Shown here one piece after another: positions 24,090 to 37,899 of a stretch of DNA of 64,000 nt (position 1 is the first letter of the stretch; each line of letters starts with the position of its first letter). Both the position numbers and the translations under genes were made by a program. Where the stretch lies: contig QHTZ01000074.1 in assembly GCA_003221005.1 (NCBI GenBank), positions 9,088 to 73,087 of the forward strand, in the 5' to 3' direction. This stretch comes from Gemmatimonadota bacterium. GTDB taxonomy: Bacteria; Gemmatimonadota; Gemmatimonadetes; Gemmatimonadales; GWC2-71-9. Below the pieces are notes generated by a model that was not told the DNA's origin, made no database searches, and saw only the letters and a list, made by a program, of their open reading frames with translations.

Positions 24090-24859
24090 GGGTTATGCGT
24101 GTCTGGTGCCTGATCGGCGGTCTCTGGCTAGCGGCGTGCGCTCACGGGCCGCAGCGCATCGAGACGCGGGTCCAAGACCCCAAGGCGGACCTGTCCGAAG
24201 CTCTTGCCCTGTTCCGGCGGGGCGATTTCAACCGCGCCCTCATCGGCTTCCGCCGCGTCCAGTTCGAGCTCGCTCCCACACAGCCGGAGGTGGCCGAAGC
24301 CCGGTATTTCATCGCGGAATGCGACTTCCAGCTCGGGGATCGGGCCACGGCGGCGCTCGAGTTCCGCAAGGTGGCAGACGATTTTCCGGACAGCGAATAT
24401 GCGCCGCTCGCGCTGTTGCGCGCGGGCGACGCTAACCTGCGTCTGTGGCGCCGGCCCGAGCTCGACCCCGAGCCCGGGCAGACGGCGCTGGCAACGTATC
24501 AGGAGCTCCAGGGGCGCTACCCTGGAACGGATGCGGCGGCCCGCGCACAGCTGCACGTCAGCCAGCTCAACGAGTGGTTCGCGGAGAAGAACTACAAGAA
24601 CGGCATGTTCTATTTCCGGCGTCGCGCGTACGACTCCGCGATCATCTACTTCAAGGACGTCATCGCCAACTATCCGGGCACCCGGCTCGTCCCCGACGCG
24701 CTGCTGCGACTAGTGGACAGCTACCGCGCCATCCGCTACATCGAGGAGCTCAAGGAAGCCTGCGCCAACCTGCGGCAGTATTATCCCAAGACCGACGGGC
24801 TCGCTGCGCGCTGCCCCGCCGAGACGGGCAACCCAGCCCGGTCCTCCGGCACGCCGTAA
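24086..24859 (+). CDS. bamD: outer membrane protein assembly factor BamD (YfiO)
   Basis: 257 aa with lipoprotein signal LWLAAC. Motifs EAKYFIAEC-type repeats, FPDSEYAPLALL, NYKNGMFYFRRRAYDSAIIYFKDVIANYPGT. ATG 24095 is an alternative start. Confidence 0.82.
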   Translation: MRVMRVWCLIGGLWLAACAHGPQRIETRVQDPKADLSEALALFRRGDFNRALIGFRRVQFELAPTQPEVAEARYFIAECDFQLGDRATAALEFRKVADDFPDSEYAPLALLRAGDANLRLWRRPELDPEPGQTALATYQELQGRYPGTDAAARAQLHVSQLNEWFAEKNYKNGMFYFRRRAYDSAIIYFKDVIANYPGTRLVPDALLRLVDSYRAIRYIEELKEACANLRQYYPKTDGLAARCPAETGNPARSSGTP

Positions 24860-24860
24860 G

Positions 24861-25421
24861 GTGGAGGCGCTGTTCGGCGGCTCATTCGACCCGGTGCACC
24901 TCGGCCATCTGGTCGTGGCGGAGACGCTGGCGGACGTCCTGGGTGTCACGGTGCGATTCCTCCCGGCTCGCGAACAGCCCTTCAAGCACGCCGCCCACGC
25001 GGCGTCGCCCGAGCAACGGGCGGAGATGCTTGCGCTCGCCGTGGCCGGGAACCCGCGGTTCCGCGTGGAGCGGGTCGAGCTCGAGCTGCCGACGCCCTCC
25101 TACACGGTCCGGACGTTGCGGGCCCTGGCGGGGCGCGAGCCAGGAAACCGGTTTGTGTTACTCCTAGGGGCGGATGCGGCGGGAGACCTGCCCAATTGGT
25201 ACGAGGTGGAGGCGCTGCCGCACCTGGCCGACGTCGTGGCGTTCGCGCGCCCGGGGTCCGAGCTGCGGGCGCACGGCCTGATCGGCCGCGTGGTGACGGT
25301 GCCCGCGCTCGACATTTCGGCCACCGCGGTGCGAGAGCGCGTGGCCCAGGGCCGGTCGATCCGCTATCTCGTGTCCGACCCGGTGCGCGAGTACATCGGG
25401 GCGCACCGGCTGTACCGGTAG
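24861..25421 (+). CDS. nadD: nicotinate-nucleotide adenylyltransferase
   Basis: 186 aa. Motifs FGGSFDPVHLGHL and ISATAVRERV. Confidence 0.88.
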   Translation: MEALFGGSFDPVHLGHLVVAETLADVLGVTVRFLPAREQPFKHAAHAASPEQRAEMLALAVAGNPRFRVERVELELPTPSYTVRTLRALAGREPGNRFVLLLGADAAGDLPNWYEVEALPHLADVVAFARPGSELRAHGLIGRVVTVPALDISATAVRERVAQGRSIRYLVSDPVREYIGAHRLYR

Positions 25422-25441
25422 AGTTTCAGGGGGCGGGAGAG

Positions 25442-28726
<3,285 letters not shown>

Positions 28727-28730
28727 CAGT

Positions 28731-28804
28731 GCGGAATGGGGAATACGGAATGCGGACTTGACGCCCGCCCTTCAGTTCCGCATTCCGCGTTCCGCATTGT
28801 TCCG
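28731..28804. repeat. long imperfect hairpin made of inverted heptamer arrays downstream of secA
   Basis: Left arm GCGGAAT GGGGAAT ACGGAAT GCGGACT (28731-28758). Right arm AGTTCCG CATTCCG CGTTCCG CATTGTTCCG (28774-28804). The core CGGAATGCGGA (28746-28756) pairs perfectly with TCCGCATTCCG (28777-28787). No T-run follows. Confidence 0.7.
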
Positions 28805-28842
28805 GTACCGAAGCCCCGCCGACCTCACTCTACGTTCTCCCT

Positions 28843-29526
28843 ATGGTTCTCCGTCTCTCCGAGCACGCGGAACGCGATCGGCCGCGCGAGCGTTTGTGGG
28901 CAGTCGGGCCTGGCGCGTTGACTGGGCAGGAGCTCTTGGCCATAGTCTTGGGAACGGGGTGTGCGGGGCGGGATGCACTGGCGGTGGCCGGCGAGCTGCT
29001 GGGCCGCGGGGAGGGGTCGTTGCGACGCCTCGCGGGGCGCCCGGCGGCGGAGCTAGCGGGTGTGCCTGGAGTGGGGCGGGGCAAGGCAGCGCGCGTGGCG
29101 GCGGCGCTCGAGCTGGGGCGCCGGGTAGGCGCGGAGGTGGAGCCACCTCCTGAGCGGATCCGCACTCCCGCGGACGTGCACCGCTACTACGCGCCGCGGC
29201 TGCGCGATCTCGCGGTCGAGGAATTCCACGTGCTCGCGCTCGGTAGCCAGAGCCAGGTCCGGGGGGACCTGTTGATCACGCGGGGGATCCTAAACAGCTC
29301 GCTGGTGCATCCGCGGGAGGTGTTCCGCGCCGCCATCGCCGAGGCGGCGGCGGGCATCATCGTCGTCCACAACCATCCGAGCGGTGACCCCACACCCTCG
29401 GGGGACGACCGGGCGGTGACGCGGCAGCTTGTGGATGCCGGACGGCTGCTCGACCTGCCGGTGCACGACCATGTGATCGTTGGAGGCGATCGCTACATGA
29501 GTTTTGCGGAGGCCGGTCTCCTGTGA
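28843..29526 (+). CDS. radC: RadC-like JAB/MPN domain protein
   Basis: 227 aa. Motifs ELLAIVLGTG and HNHPSGDPTPSGDD. Confidence 0.88.
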   Translation: MVLRLSEHAERDRPRERLWAVGPGALTGQELLAIVLGTGCAGRDALAVAGELLGRGEGSLRRLAGRPAAELAGVPGVGRGKAARVAAALELGRRVGAEVEPPPERIRTPADVHRYYAPRLRDLAVEEFHVLALGSQSQVRGDLLITRGILNSSLVHPREVFRAAIAEAAAGIIVVHNHPSGDPTPSGDDRAVTRQLVDAGRLLDLPVHDHVIVGGDRYMSFAEAGLL

Positions 29527-31688
29527 CGAGCGCGGTGCCGATCCTGGCGCCGGAGCTGGCCCGAGCCGTGGCCGCGCAGCGGGAGCGGCTCGACCTGGAC
29601 CTGCTGGCGCGCGCCTACCAGGTGAGTGCCCAGGCGCACCGCGGCCAGAAGCGCCAGTCGGGGGACGACTTCCTGTCCCACAGCGTCGCGGTGGCCACGA
29701 TTCTCGCCGAGCAGCAGATGGACTCGACCACCATCGCCGCCGCCCTGCTGCACGACGTGGTCGAGGACTCGGACGTGTCGTTGGACCAGATCCGCCAGGA
29801 TTTCGGCGCCGAAGTGGGCACGCTGGTGGACGGGCTGACCAAGCTGTCCTCGCTCACGTTCCGTTCCAGCGCCGAGGAGCAGGCGGAGAACTACCGCAAG
29901 CTGCTGCTCTCGGTGGCCAAAGACGCCCGCGTCATCATCATCAAGCTCGCGGACCGGTTGCACAACATGCGGACGCTCGAGCACCTCGACGCGGAGAAGC
30001 AGCGCCGCATCGCGCTCGAGACCCGGGAGATCTACGCCCCGCTGGCGCACCGCTTCGGAATGGCAGGCGTGAAGGCGGAGCTCGAGGACCTCGCGTTCAA
30101 GTTTCTGGAGGCGGACGACTATCGCGCGCTCTCCCGCCAGGTGCGGGCCAAGAAGACGGAGCGCGAGCGCACCATCGAGCGCGTGCGCGCACCGCTCGCG
30201 GAGGAGCTGACGCGCGCCGGCCTCACCGGGATCGAGATCACCGGCCGGCCGAAGAACCTGTGGTCGATCTACAAGAAGATGAAGAAGCGCGCCAAGCCGT
30301 TCGAGGAGATCTACGATCTCCTCGCGGTGCGTGTCCTGGTCGGGTCGATCCCGGAGTGCTACCACGTGCTGGGCGCGATTCACCACAAGTGGACGCCGCT
30401 CCAGGAGCGCATCAAGGACTACATCGCAAGCCCCAAGTCGAACGGCTACCAATCGCTGCACACCACGGTGTTCGGGCCGGGCGGCCAGCTGTACGAGATC
30501 CAGATCCGCACCCGGGAGATGCACCGCACGGCGGAGTACGGCATCGCGGCGCACTGGCTGTATCACGAGCGCAAAGGTCCCGACGAGCTGGATCGCCACC
30601 TCGCCTGGTTCCGCCAGCTCATCGAGCTGCAGCAGGATGCGCACACGCCGGAGGAATTCCTCGAGTTCCTGCGGATCGACCTGTATCAGGACGAGATCTT
30701 CGTCTTTACGCCGCGGGGGGACGTGAAGCGGCTCCCCAAGGGCGCCACGCCGCTCGATTTCGCCTTCACCGTGCACACCGAGGTGGGCCAGCACTGTCAG
30801 GGCGCGCGCATCAACGGGCGCATCGCGCCGCTGCACCGGCCGCTCAACAACGGGGATACGGTCGAAATCCTCACGAGCCCGCAGGCCCGGCCGTCGCGCG
30901 ACTGGTTGGCCCACGTCCAGACGGCGCGGGCGCGCCACAAGATCCGCCAGTGGGTGAAGCAAGAAGAGCACGAGCGCAGCCTGGCGCTGGGGTGCGAGAT
31001 CCTGGAGCGCGAGGTGCAGCGCCGCCGGCTTGAGCCGCCGGATGAGGCGCGGCTGGCGCAGGCGGCGGCGACGCTGTCGGTGGGGAACGGCGAGCAGCTC
31101 CAGGTCGCCCTCGGGCGCGGCGACCTGCCCGTCGGCCAGGTGATGCGCGCCCTGTACCCCAACCTGTCCGCCGACGAGCTGCAGCCGCCGCGGCCGACGG
31201 CGTTCGGCCGCATGATGGAGCGGCTGCGCCTCGGCCGCGGCATCAAGATCCAGGGGGTAGACGGCCTGATGGTCCGCTACGCCCAGTGTTGTCAGCCGGT
31301 GCCGGGCGACGCCGTCGTCGGCTATGTCACCCAGGGCCGCGGCATCTCCATCCACCGCTCCGACTGTCCCAACCTGCTCGTGCTCTCCACGGAAGCGGAG
31401 CGTCGCGTGGAGATCGACTGGCAGGAGTCGGAAGGGGAAACGTTCGTGGTGCGGCTCACCGTGAGCGGCGAAGACCGGCGGGGCCTCTACGCCGACATCT
31501 GCGAGGCGATCAGCGAGTCGGGCACCAACATCCGTTCCGCGGAGCTCGCCAGCCGGGATGGCGCGGTGTTCGGCACGCTGCTGGTCGAGGTCGAAAACCA
31601 GAACCACCTGAACAAGGTGATCAAGGCGATCCGCCGGCTGAAGGGCGTGACGGACGTGGCGCGGCACGACGCCGGCGCGCCGGCGTAG
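29523..31688 (+). CDS. rel: bifunctional (p)ppGpp synthetase/hydrolase RelA/SpoT homologue
   Basis: 721 aa with an HD domain (HRGQKRQSGDDFLSHS, LLHDVVED), a synthetase domain (YKKMKKR, GYQSLHTTV), and TGS and ACT regions. GTGA overlap with radC. Confidence 0.93.
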   Translation: MTSAVPILAPELARAVAAQRERLDLDLLARAYQVSAQAHRGQKRQSGDDFLSHSVAVATILAEQQMDSTTIAAALLHDVVEDSDVSLDQIRQDFGAEVGTLVDGLTKLSSLTFRSSAEEQAENYRKLLLSVAKDARVIIIKLADRLHNMRTLEHLDAEKQRRIALETREIYAPLAHRFGMAGVKAELEDLAFKFLEADDYRALSRQVRAKKTERERTIERVRAPLAEELTRAGLTGIEITGRPKNLWSIYKKMKKRAKPFEEIYDLLAVRVLVGSIPECYHVLGAIHHKWTPLQERIKDYIASPKSNGYQSLHTTVFGPGGQLYEIQIRTREMHRTAEYGIAAHWLYHERKGPDELDRHLAWFRQLIELQQDAHTPEEFLEFLRIDLYQDEIFVFTPRGDVKRLPKGATPLDFAFTVHTEVGQHCQGARINGRIAPLHRPLNNGDTVEILTSPQARPSRDWLAHVQTARARHKIRQWVKQEEHERSLALGCEILEREVQRRRLEPPDEARLAQAAATLSVGNGEQLQVALGRGDLPVGQVMRALYPNLSADELQPPRPTAFGRMMERLRLGRGIKIQGVDGLMVRYAQCCQPVPGDAVVGYVTQGRGISIHRSDCPNLLVLSTEAERRVEIDWQESEGETFVVRLTVSGEDRRGLYADICEAISESGTNIRSAELASRDGAVFGTLLVEVENQNHLNKVIKAIRRLKGVTDVARHDAGAPA

Positions 31689-33713
<2,025 letters not shown>

Positions 33714-34099
33714 GGAGTTGGGGCGCGGCCTGTCCGCCCCCGCCGTGATCGGTCTCTCGGGAGAGCTCGGCACGGGAAAGACGACTCTGGTGCAGGCGAT
33801 CTGCCGCGGCCTCGGCGCTCGCGCGTTCGCCACGAGCCCGACGTACGCTCTCGTCCATCACTACGAAACGGCCGACCGGCCTGTCTACCATGTGGACTGC
33901 TACCGCTTGCGATCTCCCGACGAGGCCCGTGACCTGGGCTTCGACGACATGGTGCGCGAGCGCGCGATCGTGCTGATCGAATGGCCCGAGCGCGCGGGAG
34001 CGTGGGCGCCGCAGGCAGACCGACGGTTCCGGCTGAGCTACACCGATTCCCCAGACATTCGCGAGCTGGAGGAGATCCGGTGACGCATTCGGAGACGGG

Positions 34100-34834
34100 A
34101 TGAGCGGGGTCTGGCTCGCCATCGACACCGCCACGGACATCGCTAGCGTGGCGGCAGGGCGGGCGCCCGCTCCCGAGGCTGGAGCGCACGTCCAGGGCGC
34201 GCGGCGTCACGCGGCCGAGATCATCCGGCTGGTCGATTTCACGCTCGGTCGCCTCGGGCTGGCGCCCCGGGACTTGGAGGGGATCGTCGTGGGGGACGGA
34301 CCCGGGAGCTTCACCGGGCTGCGGATCGGTTGGGCGGCGGCGAAGGGCCTGGCGCAGGAGGCGGGCCTCGACCTCGTGGCCATCCCGTCGCTCATGGCAG
34401 CGGCAGCCGGCGCGGCGGTCAAGCTCGGTCAAGCGCCAGTCGCCGCGTGGTTCGACGCGTTGCGGGGACAGGTCTACGCGGCTGTGTACGTCTTCCACGC
34501 CGACCGAGTCGAGACCGTGCTGGCGCCGGCGGTAATGACGCCGGACGAGTTCGCCGACCTCGCGACCCTCCGCCCGCAAGTAGTCGCCGGCGATGGAGCC
34601 GCGCGCTACGCCGACGCGGCGCGCCGCTGGTCCGGCGCCCCTCCGGTGGCGCCGGACGCGCTCGCGCCGGCGGCCACGATGCTGCTCTCCCTGCTGGGAC
34701 GGGAAGGGACCGCTCGCGCGATCGACGATCTCACTACCGCCGAGCCGGTGTATGGGCGGCCCGCGGAGGCTCAGGCAAGGTGGGAGGCGCGCCACGGACG
34801 CTCGCTTCCTGATCCGACCCGCCCGTCTCGCTGA
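34100..34834 (+). CDS. tsaB: tRNA t6A37 biosynthesis protein TsaB (YeaZ)
   Basis: 244 aa. Motifs LAIDTATD and GPGSFTGLRIG. Confidence 0.85.
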   Translation: MSGVWLAIDTATDIASVAAGRAPAPEAGAHVQGARRHAAEIIRLVDFTLGRLGLAPRDLEGIVVGDGPGSFTGLRIGWAAAKGLAQEAGLDLVAIPSLMAAAAGAAVKLGQAPVAAWFDALRGQVYAAVYVFHADRVETVLAPAVMTPDEFADLATLRPQVVAGDGAARYADAARRWSGAPPVAPDALAPAATMLLSLLGREGTARAIDDLTTAEPVYGRPAEAQARWEARHGRSLPDPTRPSR

Positions 34835-35237
34835 CGTCGCGCCGGTCGCGGCGATCGAGCGGGCCAGCTTCTCGGATCCCTGGTCGGAGCGCGACTTCCG
34901 CGACTGCGTCGCGTCGGGCGTGCCGTTCCTCGTCGCGGTGGAGGATGCGAGTGTGGCGGGGTACGTCATCGCCCGACACGCGGTCGACGAGGCGGAGATA
35001 CAAAATCTCGGAGTTGACCCGGCGCGGCGCCGTCATGGCGCTGGGCGAGTGCTCGTCACGGCCATGCTCGCCACGCTGCGCGAGCGTGGCGTGGCAGCGG
35101 TGTTCCTCGAGGTGCGGGAATCCAACACTGTCGCGCAGCATCTCTACGCCGGGCTGGGCTTCACTCGCGTCGGCCGACGACGTCACTACTATCGCTTCCC
35201 CACCGAGGACGCAGTGATCCTCCGGGCTCCTATTTGA
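34752..35237 (+). CDS. rimI: ribosomal-protein-alanine N-acetyltransferase (GNAT)
   Basis: The only in-frame ATG near the conserved core is at 34752. Motifs IERASFSDPWSE, RRRHGAGRVL and LEVRESN. 83-nt overlap with tsaB. Confidence 0.75.
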   Translation: MGGPRRLRQGGRRATDARFLIRPARLADVAPVAAIERASFSDPWSERDFRDCVASGVPFLVAVEDASVAGYVIARHAVDEAEIQNLGVDPARRRHGAGRVLVTAMLATLRERGVAAVFLEVRESNTVAQHLYAGLGFTRVGRRRHYYRFPTEDAVILRAPI

Positions 35238-35284
35238 GCCGGCGCGGGTCGCGCGCGAATTCGGTCCAAGTGGCGTATCTTTGA

Positions 35285-35313
35285 TTGACAGAATGACTTG
35301 CGAGTCATATACT
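35285..35313 (+). promoter_or_regulatory. near-consensus sigma70 promoter of ssb
   Basis: TTGACA (35285-35290), 17-nt spacer, TATACT (35308-35313), in an AT-richer intergenic region about 45 nt before the ssb start. Confidence 0.65.
35293..35308. promoter_or_regulatory. perfect palindrome ATGACT-TGCG-AGTCAT inside the ssb promoter spacer (candidate operator)
   Basis: 6-4-6 perfect inverted repeat occupying the spacer and touching the first base of the -10 hexamer. Confidence 0.45.
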
Positions 35314-35359
35314 GTGAGGCACCCTTGGTGCCCCGCCCGCTTTTCGCTGGGAGGTCGCT

Positions 35360-35842
35360 GTGAGCCGTAGCCTGAACAAAGTCATGCTGATCGGGAACTT
35401 GGGGGCCGACCCGGAGGTGCGCAGCACGAACAATGGATCGCGGGTCGCCACGCTGTCGCTCGCGACCAGTCGGCAATGGACGGGGCAGGGTGGGGAGAAG
35501 CAGGAAAAGACCGAGTGGCACCGCGTGATCTGCTGGAACAACAAGGGCGCCCAGCTCGCCGATCTCGCCGAGAAGTACATGAAGAAGGGGGATCGCATCT
35601 ACGTCGAGGGGCGGGTCGAGTATCGCACCTGGGAAGATCGCGAGAAGCAGACCCGCTACGTCACCGAGGTCATCGCCCGGGAAGTGATCTTGCTGTCGTC
35701 CCGGGGTGGGGGCGGTGGCGAAGGCGGCGCCGATTACTCGCGCGCCAAGGCGACGGCCAAGGTGACCCCGGAAGGCAAGGCGGAGTCGCTTGATGCGGTC
35801 CCGGAGGCCCTAGATGAGGAGGACGACGATCTGCCGTTTTAA
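35360..35842 (+). CDS. ssb: single-stranded DNA-binding protein
   Basis: 160 aa, beginning SLNKVMLIGNLGADPEVR, with TEWHRV, a Gly-rich linker and the acidic tail DEEDDDLPF. GGGAGG lies upstream of the GTG start. Confidence 0.93.
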   Translation: MSRSLNKVMLIGNLGADPEVRSTNNGSRVATLSLATSRQWTGQGGEKQEKTEWHRVICWNNKGAQLADLAEKYMKKGDRIYVEGRVEYRTWEDREKQTRYVTEVIAREVILLSSRGGGGGEGGADYSRAKATAKVTPEGKAESLDAVPEALDEEDDDLPF

Positions 35843-37052
35843 CCGAGCGGCACTGCTCGCCCTTGTGGTAGTGCCGCTCGCGTGCTGGAGCTTGCGCGCA
35901 CAGGACACGACCAGGGCGGCGCCGGAGACGACACAGGCGGCGCCGCTCGGGGGAGGTCCACTCCCCGCCACTCACACGGTCGCGCGCGGCGAGACCCTGT
36001 GGTCGATCGCCCAGCTCTATTTCAGCGATCCCCTCCTCTGGCCCGAGATCTACCGCCTGAACACGTCGCTCATCGAGGATCCTCACTGGATCTATCCCGG
36101 TGAGGTCCTCAACGTTTCCGGGCCGGTCGGCGTGGCGCAGGCCCCCGAGACGACCGCGGTCCAGGTGACGCCCGGCGGCGACACCGTGCGGGCGGTCCCC
36201 GTAGACACGCTGGCGGTCGCGCCGGTCGACACGGCGCTGCGAGACACGACCCAGGCGCTCTTCATGGAGCCGCCCCCGGCCGCGGAGGAGTCCTACCGCA
36301 CGATTTTCGATCGGCCCCGTTCGCGCACGACGGAGGTGCAGGACATCCTCCGGGCCTACGCGAACCAGCCGTATCACCCGGTGCGCCGCGGTGAGTTCTA
36401 CGCCGCCGGCTTCCTCACGGAGCGGGAGAACCTTCCCTGGGGCCGCGTGCTCGGGACGATCGCCAAGCCGGCGATCCCCCGCCTGACGGAGCGCTCCACG
36501 GCCTACCAGTTCGAGCAAATCGTGATCGATCCGCCGTCGCGGGTGTCCTACCACGTAAACGATTCGGTATTGATCGCGCGCATCGACCGCGACGAGGGGG
36601 ATTGGGGAGACGTTGTCGTTCCGGTGGGCATCGCCCGCGTCACGGAAGTGGCGCGCAAGCAGCTGCTGGCTGAGGTGGTGCTCCAGTTTGGGCGGATTCA
36701 CGACGGCCACCTGGTCCTGCCGCTCGAGCCCTTCAAGGACCCGGGGGAGATGCGGCCCACGCCGATCGAGCAAGGGTTGGGCGCGCAGGTGATCAACCAG
36801 CGCGACCTGCACACGATCACGATTTCGCAGCAGGTGGTTTTCCTTAACCGGGGCCGCGCCGACGGCGTTGTCCCGGGGGATGTGTTCCAAGTGTACACCG
36901 GGCAGGCGGGCACGCCGTCGCAGGAGCTGCGCGCCGTGGTCGAGGTCGTACACACGCGTGAACACTCGTGTTCGGGCCTCGTGCTCACCCTCGGCAACCC
37001 GAAGATCGTGCCCCAGCTCCCGGCGCGACTCATCCGGAAGATGCCCTCGTAG
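35814..37052 (+). CDS. LysM domain-containing secreted protein
   Basis: 412 aa with signal peptide ALLALVVVPLACWSLRAQ. LysM motif HTVARGETLWSIAQLYFSDPLLWPEIYRLN...IYPGEVL. Confidence 0.75.
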   Translation: MRRTTICRFNRAALLALVVVPLACWSLRAQDTTRAAPETTQAAPLGGGPLPATHTVARGETLWSIAQLYFSDPLLWPEIYRLNTSLIEDPHWIYPGEVLNVSGPVGVAQAPETTAVQVTPGGDTVRAVPVDTLAVAPVDTALRDTTQALFMEPPPAAEESYRTIFDRPRSRTTEVQDILRAYANQPYHPVRRGEFYAAGFLTERENLPWGRVLGTIAKPAIPRLTERSTAYQFEQIVIDPPSRVSYHVNDSVLIARIDRDEGDWGDVVVPVGIARVTEVARKQLLAEVVLQFGRIHDGHLVLPLEPFKDPGEMRPTPIEQGLGAQVINQRDLHTITISQQVVFLNRGRADGVVPGDVFQVYTGQAGTPSQELRAVVEVVHTREHSCSGLVLTLGNPKIVPQLPARLIRKMPS

Positions 37053-37094
37053 TCGGGCGCCGGCCCGACCTCGGGTCCGGCACGCCGTCCGCGC

Positions 37095-37889
37095 ATGCTC
37101 GTTTACCTCCATCTCGCCGCGCTGGGCCTGTACGGGCTCTCCGCGGCGCTCGCCCTGGCGCCATTCGCCGGATTCCCCGTCGCGTCGCGTCGCTGGACGC
37201 TGTGGGTCGCCGGTGTCGGGGCGGGGATCCACACGGTCGGCGTGGCCCAGCTGTCGCTTGTGGGCACCGGACCGGCGCTGTCGGTGCTGGCCTGGTGTCT
37301 CGTCCTGCTGCAGATCGGGAGCGAGCTGCTGCTGCGGGCGGCCGCCGTGGCGCTGTTCACGGCCCCGCTCGCCGGGGGTTTGGTAGGCCTGGCGCTGCTG
37401 CTCGGGCTCGCCCCCGGGGCGCAGCCCTCCGCCGGGCGAAACATGTGGTTTATCTTGCACGTGACCTTGAGCGTGCTGGGGCTCGCCTTGCTGGCGCTCG
37501 CGTTCATCTCCGCGGCGCTCTACCTGCTGCAGTTCCGCGAGCTCAAAGCAAAACGGTTCGGCCAGGTATTTCAGCTGTTTCCCCCGCTCGAGCGGCTCGA
37601 CCGGCTGAATCACGTGGCGTTGGTCGCGGGGTTTCCGGCGCTCACCGTCGGCGTGCTGCTCGCCGTCGGTTACGCGGTGCGCTACGCCGGGGGGATGCAC
37701 GTGGATCCGGCACAGCTCGTGTGGGGTTCGTTCACGTGGGGAGTGCTGGGGTGGACGGTGTGGGTCCGCGTGGCGCGGCACTGGGCGGGCCGGCGGGCGG
37801 CGTTCGCCAGCATCGTCGGCTTCGCGGCCGTGGTGCTCGTCTACGTCGCACTGAAGCTCGCCCAACCGGGCACGGAGCGCTTTCTCTGA
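37095..37889 (+). CDS. cytochrome c assembly (CcsA/HemX-type) membrane protein
   Basis: 264 aa polytopic membrane protein immediately upstream of hemA, with the W-rich segment WGSFTWGVLGWTVW. Confidence 0.65.
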   Translation: MLVYLHLAALGLYGLSAALALAPFAGFPVASRRWTLWVAGVGAGIHTVGVAQLSLVGTGPALSVLAWCLVLLQIGSELLLRAAAVALFTAPLAGGLVGLALLLGLAPGAQPSAGRNMWFILHVTLSVLGLALLALAFISAALYLLQFRELKAKRFGQVFQLFPPLERLDRLNHVALVAGFPALTVGVLLAVGYAVRYAGGMHVDPAQLVWGSFTWGVLGWTVWVRVARHWAGRRAAFASIVGFAAVVLVYVALKLAQPGTERFL

Positions 37890-37899
37890 TGATCCGAGC

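Noticed and set aside
28731-28804. CRISPR array, because of short repeats here and at 41957-42054
   Set aside because: The repeat units are only 7-8 nt, directly tandem with no spacers, and arranged as inverted arms of a hairpin. No cas genes are in the window.
37053-37094. Terminator hairpin after the LysM gene (GCCGGCCCGA..TCGGGTCCGGC)
   Set aside because: The loop is too small unless inner pairs open, one arm has a bulge, and no T-run follows. Not convincing.
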